NCBI GenBank assembly: GCA_963826535.1
Contig: CAWGXL010000011.1
Span: 128,809-192,808 of the forward strand
Direction: 5' to 3'
DNA: 64,000 nucleotides
Source of the DNA: an uncultured bacterium
GTDB lineage: Bacteria > Patescibacteriota > Microgenomatia > Levybacterales > UBA12049
The notes below the pieces were generated by a model. It saw nothing but the letters and a program-made list of their open reading frames with translations, searched no databases and had not been told where the DNA came from. A program made the translations under genes and the position numbers. Below, piece after piece: positions 56,401-64,000 of this stretch; the stretch's first letter is position 1; each line of letters begins with the position of its first letter.

Positions 56401-57792
56401 ATGATAAAAGTAATTTCAGTTTTAATCACTCTTTTACTCCCCTTTATCTTCCCTAATGCAACTTCAGCTCATGCATTTGGCCAATTGTACAATTTGCCTA
56501 TTCCTTTTTGGATGTATCTGTATGGAGGAGCAGCAGCAATTGTCGTCTCGTTTCTGATTATTGGCTTTTTTTTCAATAACAACATCAATCCGACTAATTA
56601 TCCAAAACGTGACATATCAAAAAATCTTTTTGTCCGATTTCTGAATGCGCGCAAAACTGTAGCTCTTCTTAAAGTATTAAGCGTTTTTCTTCTTTTCCTG
56701 ACGATTATTTCAGGATTTATTGGAACAAATAGATCAACTGCAAATTTTAATATGACATTTTTTTGGATTATCTTTGTTCTTGGTCTTATGTACTTTACTG
56801 CGCTTTTTGGTAATGTTTGGGCAATTCTCAATCCATTGAAAATTATAGCTGACAAAGCTGAAACTTTATGGCCAAAGCTTATTAAAGGTAATACTAAGTA
56901 TCCTGAGAAACTCGGATATTATCCGGCTTTGCTATTATATTTCATCTTTATATGGATCGAGCTATTTTTTGGCACCACCCCTTTTTCACTTTCCTTTCTG
57001 ATTTTATATTATTTTGTTTTTAACATTTATGGTGTGCTTGTTTTTGGTAAAAAAGATTGGTTTAAGTATGGTGAATTTTTTAGTGTTCTCCTGCGTTTAA
57101 TCGGAAAAATTGCTTTATTTGAAAATGACAAAGGGGTGGTGTACGCGCGACCACCGTTTGTTGGTCTTTTGAAAGGTAAAGCGGAACAATTAAGCTTGCT
57201 CTTTTTTATAATCTTTATGCTTTCATCAACTGCTTTTGATGGGTTTCATAATACGCAAATATTTTATGATTTAATACCTGTAAATGTGAACTCCTATCTA
57301 CTTTCCCAGACAATAGGCTTAGCTTTTTCTCTAGTTTTCTTTTTACTTATATACTTAATTCTTATGTTTCTTGCAAAATTAATAACTAAGAGCGCAATTC
57401 CATTAAGAAATTTAGCATTACAATTTTCATTTTCTCTTATCCCAATTGCTTTAGTTTATAATATCGCTCATTATTATACTTTGCTCCTTACCCAAGGGCA
57501 GACTATAATTCGACTCATATCGGATCCATTTGGATTTGGTTGGGATTTATTTCACTCTGCAGGTTATGAAATAAATTATGCGGTTATTGATATGAACTTC
57601 ATTTGGCATTCTCAAATAGCATTTATTCTTGTAGGTCATATCGCTGCTGTTTATATCGCACATATTATTGCACTTCGGACTTTCCCAACACATAAAAAAG
57701 CCTTACTTAGCCAAATACCAATGCTTATATTAATGGTAGTCTATACTATGATAGGACTTTGGATTTTGGCTCAACAAGTTACAAACGGATAA
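56401..57792 (+). CDS. polytopic membrane protein with cleavable signal and predicted N-terminal His
   Basis: Signal peptide '...PNATSA|HAFGQLYNLPIPFWMYLYGG'. More than 10 TM helices. Confidence 0.5.
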   Translation: MIKVISVLITLLLPFIFPNATSAHAFGQLYNLPIPFWMYLYGGAAAIVVSFLIIGFFFNNNINPTNYPKRDISKNLFVRFLNARKTVALLKVLSVFLLFLTIISGFIGTNRSTANFNMTFFWIIFVLGLMYFTALFGNVWAILNPLKIIADKAETLWPKLIKGNTKYPEKLGYYPALLLYFIFIWIELFFGTTPFSLSFLILYYFVFNIYGVLVFGKKDWFKYGEFFSVLLRLIGKIALFENDKGVVYARPPFVGLLKGKAEQLSLLFFIIFMLSSTAFDGFHNTQIFYDLIPVNVNSYLLSQTIGLAFSLVFFLLIYLILMFLAKLITKSAIPLRNLALQFSFSLIPIALVYNIAHYYTLLLTQGQTIIRLISDPFGFGWDLFHSAGYEINYAVIDMNFIWHSQIAFILVGHIAAVYIAHIIALRTFPTHKKALLSQIPMLILMVVYTMIGLWILAQQVTNG

Positions 57793-58427
57793 TAATGAAA
57801 GTTTTAATACTCATTTTTCTTGCCATTTTTTGCTTCTGTTTCTTAGTACATCCTGCTGATGCGCATATTAATGGTCAATCAGTTTTTAAAATTAACGGAA
57901 GAAATACAATAGTTGAACCGGTTAAAAACTTACGCTCCATAGATGAACTTCAGGATATAGCTCCTGAAGAGCATGGAATAAATCAAACCTTAACATTTGA
58001 GGTAGAAATTGCAAAATACCCGACCCCAAAGAATATATTTGAAAGGACAAATTTCATATGGGATTTCGCCGATGGAACAGGAAAACAAACAATTAAGTAT
58101 GGGTTCAAGAATACCCACATTTACAGTAAAGAAGGACAATATCTAATAACTGTTTATGCTGACTATAAATCAGCAGGTTTTACCCTTGAACCGCAATTAT
58201 TACAATCGGTAATAATACACATCAATTCTAAAATATTACAAGGGAAATCAGAGCAAAATACATTATCACAAACTGTACAAAATACACAAAATAAACAAGA
58301 AGGATTATCACAATTATTTCTGTATTTATTTCCGGCAATCATAGTTGGAATTGGAATTTATATTTATTTTTTCTTAATAAGAAAATCCAAAAGGCGTAAA
58401 AAAGTAACAAATAGAAAGTCCACCTGA
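57759..58427 (+). CDS. exported PKD-domain protein with C-terminal TM anchor (paralog of 43785-44651)
   Basis: Signal peptide '...HPADA|HINGQSVFKING', 'WDFADGTGKQ', and 'KNTHIYSKEGQYLITVY' versus 'KNTHQYKKKGSYILTIN' in the paralog. Confidence 0.65.
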   Translation: MDFGSTSYKRIIMKVLILIFLAIFCFCFLVHPADAHINGQSVFKINGRNTIVEPVKNLRSIDELQDIAPEEHGINQTLTFEVEIAKYPTPKNIFERTNFIWDFADGTGKQTIKYGFKNTHIYSKEGQYLITVYADYKSAGFTLEPQLLQSVIIHINSKILQGKSEQNTLSQTVQNTQNKQEGLSQLFLYLFPAIIVGIGIYIYFFLIRKSKRRKKVTNRKST

Positions 58428-58446
58428 TATTGCGTAAAGTTAACCT

Positions 58447-59007
58447 ATGAAATTGTTCACGTTTTTATTTATCAGTTTTTTTATTTTTATGTTCTTTACT
58501 TATTCAAGCTACGCACATTCCGGTGGGGGGTTAATTGGAGATTATGTTGTTTCATTTACACAAGAACCATTATCACCATTAGTCGGCGATTTTGTAAAAG
58601 TAACGATTACGATAAATGACAAAAACGGACAACCTGTTACTGATCTAAAAGGAAAACTTCTTATAAAACAATTAATCGTAAAACAATATGTCGGGAAAGA
58701 ATCCGATCAGGACTATAATGAGATATTTAGTAAGCAGGAAAAGACTGGCCTAAATGGGAATATTGCTCTTGAATATAAATTTCAGGAAGAAGCAGTATAT
58801 GATGTAGAGTTTCATTGGGGTGAGGATGAAGAAACGCAAAGTACAGGTATGCAGATACAACCTAGAAATCAATCTTCATTTTTTTCTCCTACGAGTGCGA
58901 TAGAAAATATCTGGCTTCTTGTAGGCGTAGCGACAACAGGAGTTATCATAGGCGCAATCGGCACGTCAATTTTACTAACCACAACACTTCATCCTAAAAG
59001 GTTGTAA
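58447..59007 (+). CDS. exported protein with N-terminal His and C-terminal TM anchor (YtkA/FixH-like fold?)
   Basis: Signal peptide '...YSSYA|HSGGGLIGDYVVSF', C-terminal 'LLVGVATTGVIIGAIGTSILL'. Confidence 0.45.
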   Translation: MKLFTFLFISFFIFMFFTYSSYAHSGGGLIGDYVVSFTQEPLSPLVGDFVKVTITINDKNGQPVTDLKGKLLIKQLIVKQYVGKESDQDYNEIFSKQEKTGLNGNIALEYKFQEEAVYDVEFHWGEDEETQSTGMQIQPRNQSSFFSPTSAIENIWLLVGVATTGVIIGAIGTSILLTTTLHPKRL

Positions 59008-59375
59008 ATGGGTTATTTTGGATTATAATATTCCATAAGATCAATATAAAAAATGTCTTGTCAACGATATAAACCGTAAAAGTTGAGGTTTTTTGAAGAG
59101 TAGATACTATAGCTAGTACATGCGTGCTTATAAAATACTTTTAATTATCTTAAAGACATTGATTAATATTGAAATCAAAGGTAAGTACTGACTTTAAAAA
59201 TCCCAGCATTCCTGAGACAAAGAATTAAAAACCTTATTGTTTTTCTCCGCATTTCTCTTTTCCTCACACCTTGTTATATTCCAGATAAAAAAAGAGGTAA
59301 TCGAAACTATTAAAAAAAATTCCAATCGAATCACTGAAGGAAAATAAAGCTTAATATCTTAAAGTATACAATCTA

Positions 59376-60770
59376 TTAAGTTGCTATTTTTTTAAGCATT
59401 TCAACTGAATCACTATCTCTACCCTCGCTCGCCAACTTGCTTAGCGCTACAAGTTTAGTTTTAAAAGAATCTTTGTAATCATCGTTCATGCTTTTATATA
59501 TTTTTGGTTTAATTTTTATAACCTTTTCCTCTTTAGTGAATAATTCTTCGTGTAGTTTTTCTCCGGAGCGTATTCCAATAAATTTTATTTTGATATCTTT
59601 ATTCGGAATTAAGTTTGAAAGCCTGATTAGTTTATGAACGAGATCTACTATTTTTATTTTCTTACCCATATCTAATACAAAAACTTCTCCACCAATACCT
59701 ATTTGAATAGATTGCAGTAACAAATTTGCAGCTTCCGGAATCGTCATAAAAAATCTTGTCATCTTTGGATGGGTAACTGTTATTGGTCCTCCTTGAGCAA
59801 TTTGTTTTTTAAATGTTGGAATGACGCTTCCTTGGCTGTCGAGTACATTGCCAAAGCGTACGACAATGAATTTTGTATTGTTTTTTTTATTGAGACTCCT
59901 AACAATATATTCTCCAATTAATTTAGTCATCCCCATAACGCTTTTTGGCTTAACGGCTTTATCTGTTGAAATAAATAGAAATTTCTCGGTATTTGATGAA
60001 TTCGCTTCTGTAGCCAAAATTTCGGTCCCCAAAATATTGTTCTTAATTGCCTCTGACGGGTTTTCTTCCATCATAGGTACATGTTTGAATGCAGCTGTAT
60101 GAAAAACAAGATTAGGGCGATATTCACTGAATACTTGATGTACTTTACGACGATCTTGTATGTTCCCTACGACTTTAATATATTTTACGCCTGGAAAGCT
60201 TTCCTTAAATTCATTATCTAAATTGAATAATCCATTTTCCCACCAGTCAAAAAGAATTAGTAGCTTAGGTTTATAAGAAGCAATTTGGCGACTTAATTCT
60301 GAGCCAATCGAACCCGCTGCTCCCGTAACCAGAATAGTCTTTTCTTTTAAGTATGATTCAAGTTCTATTACATCGCTTTTTACAATTGGTCTATTTAATA
60401 AGTCCTCTACGTGAACCTCTCTTACTCTTTTAATTTCTGCCTTTCCTTCAATTATTTCTTTAACATTAGGTACTATTTTGAATATTACTTTTTCTTTCAG
60501 GCAGGCGTCTACTACTTTTTCTACTATAGCACCTTCAGCTGAAGGAATAGCTATAAGTACTTCGTCTACTTTTTTTTGTTTTATAATTTTTTGGAGATCT
60601 TTTATCTTTCCTAAAACCTTCAAGGAGTAAAAGGTTTTACCTTGCTTTACATTGTCATCATCAACAAATCCTACGGGATTTAAGTTAAGATCAGGATACC
60701 TTTTTATTTCTTTGGCAATATCTATTCCAGCTACCCCGGCACCAACTATAATTACTATTTTCTTAATCAT
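59376..60770 (-). CDS. polysaccharide biosynthesis protein CapD/PglF-like NDP-sugar 4,6-dehydratase
   Basis: 'ILVTGAAGSIGSEL' and a two-Rossmann architecture of about 460 aa. Confidence 0.85.
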   Translation of the reverse strand: MIKKIVIIVGAGVAGIDIAKEIKRYPDLNLNPVGFVDDDNVKQGKTFYSLKVLGKIKDLQKIIKQKKVDEVLIAIPSAEGAIVEKVVDACLKEKVIFKIVPNVKEIIEGKAEIKRVREVHVEDLLNRPIVKSDVIELESYLKEKTILVTGAAGSIGSELSRQIASYKPKLLILFDWWENGLFNLDNEFKESFPGVKYIKVVGNIQDRRKVHQVFSEYRPNLVFHTAAFKHVPMMEENPSEAIKNNILGTEILATEANSSNTEKFLFISTDKAVKPKSVMGMTKLIGEYIVRSLNKKNNTKFIVVRFGNVLDSQGSVIPTFKKQIAQGGPITVTHPKMTRFFMTIPEAANLLLQSIQIGIGGEVFVLDMGKKIKIVDLVHKLIRLSNLIPNKDIKIKFIGIRSGEKLHEELFTKEEKVIKIKPKIYKSMNDDYKDSFKTKLVALSKLASEGRDSDSVEMLKKIAT

Positions 60771-60795
60771 AACATTTATCTTCTTATCAGCATTC

Positions 60796-61710
60796 TTATT
60801 GAATTGTCCATGAGTTAAAAGTTCTTAAAATCCCTTCCTGTAGGTCAATTTTGGGTTTCCAATCTAACATTCGTTGACTTTTTTTAAAACTTCCTACAAA
60901 TTTTTCGTCAAAAGAATCGTTTGTGCTGTAATCTATATATATTTCTCTTTTTGAAATATTACTTATTGTTTCAGCCAGTTTTTTAATACTTGTCTCATTA
61001 CCTGAGCAAATATTAAAAACTTCACTTTTTTTAATATCTAACTTTATAACTTTTAAAAAAGCATCTACAACATCGTCTATATATATAAAATCTCTTACGT
61101 GCTGACCTCTATTTATGACTATCTTTTCATTTTTAAAGGACGCGTTTATGAAATTGGCAACTACCGAAGAATAATTAATTTTTGAGTCAGGACCGTATAC
61201 ATTGGAAATTCTTAGAATCACACTATTTAATCCAAACAGGTTGCAATAAGTATTGATAATTTTTTCACAAATTAACTTTGAAAGTCCGTAATAATTTCTA
61301 GGAACTGTAATTGATCGTTCAGTCAGTAAGCTGTAAATGTTTTGCCTATATACGGCAAAAGTTGATGCAAAAATAATTTTATATTTGCGACTATCAGATT
61401 TTCTTATGGCTTCAAGTATTTTTAGAGTCAGGATTATATTTGTTTTTAATACATCCAGTGAATTACCTCTATTTAAGCCAGCCAGGTGAATAACAACGCT
61501 ACAGTCTTTAATCTGATTCTGAATAGTAGAGACACTTTTAAAATCTTTTTTTTCGAGTACCTTTGTCTTAAGATTAGATTTAAGCAATTTACCAACCAAA
61601 TGTCTGCCAATAAATCCTTGGCTTCCTGTTATAAGTATTTTATTCTTAGACATAAATAAACTTTCCCTATATCGGGAATGTAGGGAATGATACCACAGAA
61701 TGGTTTGCAA
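60796..61710 (-). CDS. NAD-dependent epimerase/dehydratase
   Basis: 'ILITGSQGFIGRHLV' and 'YGLSK' (YxxxK). Confidence 0.8.
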   Translation of the reverse strand: MQTILWYHSLHSRYRESLFMSKNKILITGSQGFIGRHLVGKLLKSNLKTKVLEKKDFKSVSTIQNQIKDCSVVIHLAGLNRGNSLDVLKTNIILTLKILEAIRKSDSRKYKIIFASTFAVYRQNIYSLLTERSITVPRNYYGLSKLICEKIINTYCNLFGLNSVILRISNVYGPDSKINYSSVVANFINASFKNEKIVINRGQHVRDFIYIDDVVDAFLKVIKLDIKKSEVFNICSGNETSIKKLAETISNISKREIYIDYSTNDSFDEKFVGSFKKSQRMLDWKPKIDLQEGILRTFNSWTIQ

Positions 61711-62039
61711 GTAAAATAATATAAGACCGTTGACAACTATATAAGATTATACTAAACTAACTCAAACTAATGCGAATTATAGATTACAGTATTAAAATAA
61801 ACTTTTTAACACTTAAGGAAGCGCAAGATATTTACAAAAAACCCTTTAACGGTACATGGAATCATTAAGAAAAAAACTACTAGCAATAAAAATAGGAAGA
61901 AAATACTGAATAGAGAAGAAGGATTTGGATAAATTTATTAAGTTTAATAAATCTTATTAGGTCAAATAGGTTTTTAAACAACTGCTCAATCTTACGAAAG
62001 TAGATTGGGTTTTTTTATGGAAAATTAAGAAAGTAAAAA

Positions 62040-62504
62040 ATGAAAGTAAATGAAAAGGTCTTGCGCTTGATTACAATTAGCCTTTGGCTGATTGCATGCA
62101 TCGAATTTGGAATTGCAGGAGTGATCTATGCTAATTTATTGGGTTCTAATATTCCCAATATTATTGCTCTAGCTACTACAGTTAAGCCCGAAACATATAC
62201 CGAATTATATTTTGAGAATCACTTAAATCTTCCCGGCAAAATCGAGCTAAACCGGAATTACCCTTTTAAATTTACAATTCATAATCTCGAAAACAAGGAC
62301 GTAGTTTACGTATATGAGGTTTATATAGTTGTAAATGGAGAAAAACGAATTATTGATGAAGCTTCTGTTTTTGTAAAAAGCGGTGATTATAGAACGATTG
62401 AGGAGATTTATGTAACTAGGCGCCCGACTGCAAGAGGAAAAATAATAGTTAACTTGATAAATAAAAACCAACAAATAGATTTTTGGATAGAAGACAATTT
62501 ATGA
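62040..62504 (+). CDS. hypothetical membrane-anchored protein
   Basis: N-terminal TM 'LITISLWLIACIEFGIAGVIYANLL'. Confidence 0.4.
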   Translation: MKVNEKVLRLITISLWLIACIEFGIAGVIYANLLGSNIPNIIALATTVKPETYTELYFENHLNLPGKIELNRNYPFKFTIHNLENKDVVYVYEVYIVVNGEKRIIDEASVFVKSGDYRTIEEIYVTRRPTARGKIIVNLINKNQQIDFWIEDNL

Positions 62505-63637
62505 AAATAGTATTTGTAAGTGATAGGGTATACCCATACTTTAAAGGGGGAGCCGAAAAAAGATACTGGGAGATTGCAAGAAGACTAACAAAAAAAGGGC
62601 ATGAAATCCATTTTTTTACGGGGCAGTGGCCGGGGATGGAAAGAGAAATGGTTATCGAGGAGATTAGTCTTCACGCTGTATATAAGGTAAAAAAATTTTA
62701 TATTAACGGCAAGAAATCCATTCTCGAATCTATAAAATATTCCTTATTGCTCTTTCCCTATTTATTAAAACATGATTATGATTTGATTGAGTGTGAGCAG
62801 TTTCCAATTCTTTCAATATTTTCTTGCAAGCTCGCATCGCTTATTAAAGAAAAGCCTTTAGTTGTTACTTGGCATGAGGTGTGGAGTTTTTCTTATTGGA
62901 AAAAATACATCGGTTTAAAAGGCATATTAGGTTATATATTGGATAAATCAGCAGTTCTAATGGCAGATACAATTATCTCCGTATCAGACCAAACTACACG
63001 AAATCTAGTGAAGAATCCGTTTATAACAAGCAGGATTATAACGATTACTAACGGCGTAGATGAAAATCACATCAATAAAATCTGTAAATCGAAAGACACA
63101 TGCGATATTATTTTTGCGGGTAGATTAATGGCACATAAAAATGTAGACGTGCTCCTAAAATCAATAGGATTTATAAAAAAAGAATACCCCTCTGTTAAAG
63201 TTCTGGTAGTAGGTGATGGACCGGAGCTTCCCAAACTTCAATATTTAACCACCATATTAAGCCTGGAAAATAATGTGAAATTCATTAATTTTTTTCCCAG
63301 CCAAAATGATTTATATTCGCTTATGAAATCTTCAAAAGTATTTGTTCTACCTTCAACCAGGGAAGGATTCGGAATGGTTGCACTCGAGGCAAATGCGTGC
63401 GGAATTCCGGTCGTAACGATTAATCACAAAGATAATGCTGCCAAAGATTTAATTGAACACGGGAAAAACGGCTACACCTGTGAGTTGGACGAGAACGAAA
63501 TAGCGGCATTCGTAATAAAGTTATTTAAAAATAACGTAAACTTTGTAGCTTCATCTGATTTTGCAAGCTCATATGATTGGAATAATATTGCAGAGCAAAT
63601 CGAGTCTGCTTACTCGCTATGGCTGACAACAAAATAA
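62483..63637 (+). CDS. GT4-family glycosyltransferase
   Basis: 'GFGMVALEANACGIPVV' (E-x7-E region) and the N-terminal 'GGAEK' block. Confidence 0.85.
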   Translation: MDRRQFMKIVFVSDRVYPYFKGGAEKRYWEIARRLTKKGHEIHFFTGQWPGMEREMVIEEISLHAVYKVKKFYINGKKSILESIKYSLLLFPYLLKHDYDLIECEQFPILSIFSCKLASLIKEKPLVVTWHEVWSFSYWKKYIGLKGILGYILDKSAVLMADTIISVSDQTTRNLVKNPFITSRIITITNGVDENHINKICKSKDTCDIIFAGRLMAHKNVDVLLKSIGFIKKEYPSVKVLVVGDGPELPKLQYLTTILSLENNVKFINFFPSQNDLYSLMKSSKVFVLPSTREGFGMVALEANACGIPVVTINHKDNAAKDLIEHGKNGYTCELDENEIAAFVIKLFKNNVNFVASSDFASSYDWNNIAEQIESAYSLWLTTK

Positions 63638-64000
63638 AAATTATACACACTCCTGTCAGATTTTATCCTTATATGGGTGGAGTTGAACATAGTACGTATC
63701 ATCTTTGTCGCGAACTAATAAAAATGGGCTGTAATATTGAAGTAATCTGCGCAAAAACCTCAAGCAATGAATCCAATAATATTGGCGGAATTGTTGTTAG
63801 GAGATTAAAATCCTTTTTTAAAATTACAAATACAAACATAACTCTTACGCTACCGTTTGAAATTTTAAAAAGCAAGTTTGATGTCATGCATACACATATG
63901 CCTACCCCATGGTCAGCAGACATAAGTATATTAATGGGAAAACTAATGGGAAAGAAAACCGTAATTACAATTCATAACGATATGGATAAAACGGGATTTT
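63619..64000 (+). CDS. GT4-family glycosyltransferase, N-terminal fragment (runs off window)
   Basis: 'IIHTPVRFYPYMGGVEHSTYHLCREL' is a GT4 N-terminal domain. The ATG overlaps the end of the previous gene. Confidence 0.65.
   Translation, partial: MADNKIKIIHTPVRFYPYMGGVEHSTYHLCRELIKMGCNIEVICAKTSSNESNNIGGIVVRRLKSFFKITNTNITLTLPFEILKSKFDVMHTHMPTPWSADISILMGKLMGKKTVITIHNDMDKTGF

Noticed and set aside
59008-59375. 368-bp gene-free convergent intergenic region examined for an RNA gene
   Set aside because: AT-rich with no conserved structural motifs, RNase P/tmRNA/SRP-like features or tRNA hallmarks recognisable by eye. Left unannotated.
61975-62015. Plus-strand hairpin plus T7 (AATCTTACgaaaGTAGATTGGG-TTTTTTT) upstream of gene 62040 looks like an intrinsic terminator with no upstream plus-strand gene
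   Set aside because: Could terminate an unannotated small transcript, but there is no ORF or promoter evidence. Noted only.

Overview
AT-rich bacterial window with short genes and a DUF2298-type membrane protein, FemAB and LCP cell-wall genes; it looks like a Patescibacteria/CPR-type genome (inference from gene content only). No rRNA, tRNA or CRISPR array was recognisable by eye. Core genes are well supported: rpoB-rpoC, secA, serS, rpsT, tpiA, uvrD/pcrA, murJ and rnhA. Surface-polysaccharide genes sit at both ends (partial epimerase, HAD, DUF2298 on the left; CapD, epimerase and two GT4 glycosyltransferases on the right). Accessory content is rich. (1) A translationally coupled Hsp90/GHKL-type ATPase plus SIR2_2-HEAT pair (13090-16436) is the best candidate for an undescribed NAD+-depletion conflict module. 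(2) Nickel superoxide dismutase SodN sits beside its S26-type maturation protease. (3) Two paralogous clusters encode exported or membrane proteins whose predicted mature N-terminus is a histidine (HupE/UreJ, YcnI-like, PKD proteins, cupredoxin-like), which points to Ni/Cu handling. (4) A family of MITE-like palindromic elements (TTGTCATTCC...GGAATGACAA termini) has four copies, two of them bracketing hupE. (5) Two tandem paralogous cysteine-rich proteins (~64 Cys per pair) each carry an internal duplication. (6) Toxin-antitoxin modules: dinJ-yafQ is intact, hicB is followed by a hicA with an in-frame TAG, and rhuM precedes a doc shifted at an A8 run; all are bounded by a repeated ~35-bp motif. 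(7) A partial duplicate of the tfoX 5' end lies 3.7 kb from tfoX, so two direct repeats flank a block of small stress/detox genes. (8) An aldehyde dehydrogenase is frameshifted, and a promoter-SD-MAKKKKKKK-terminator micro-unit is present.
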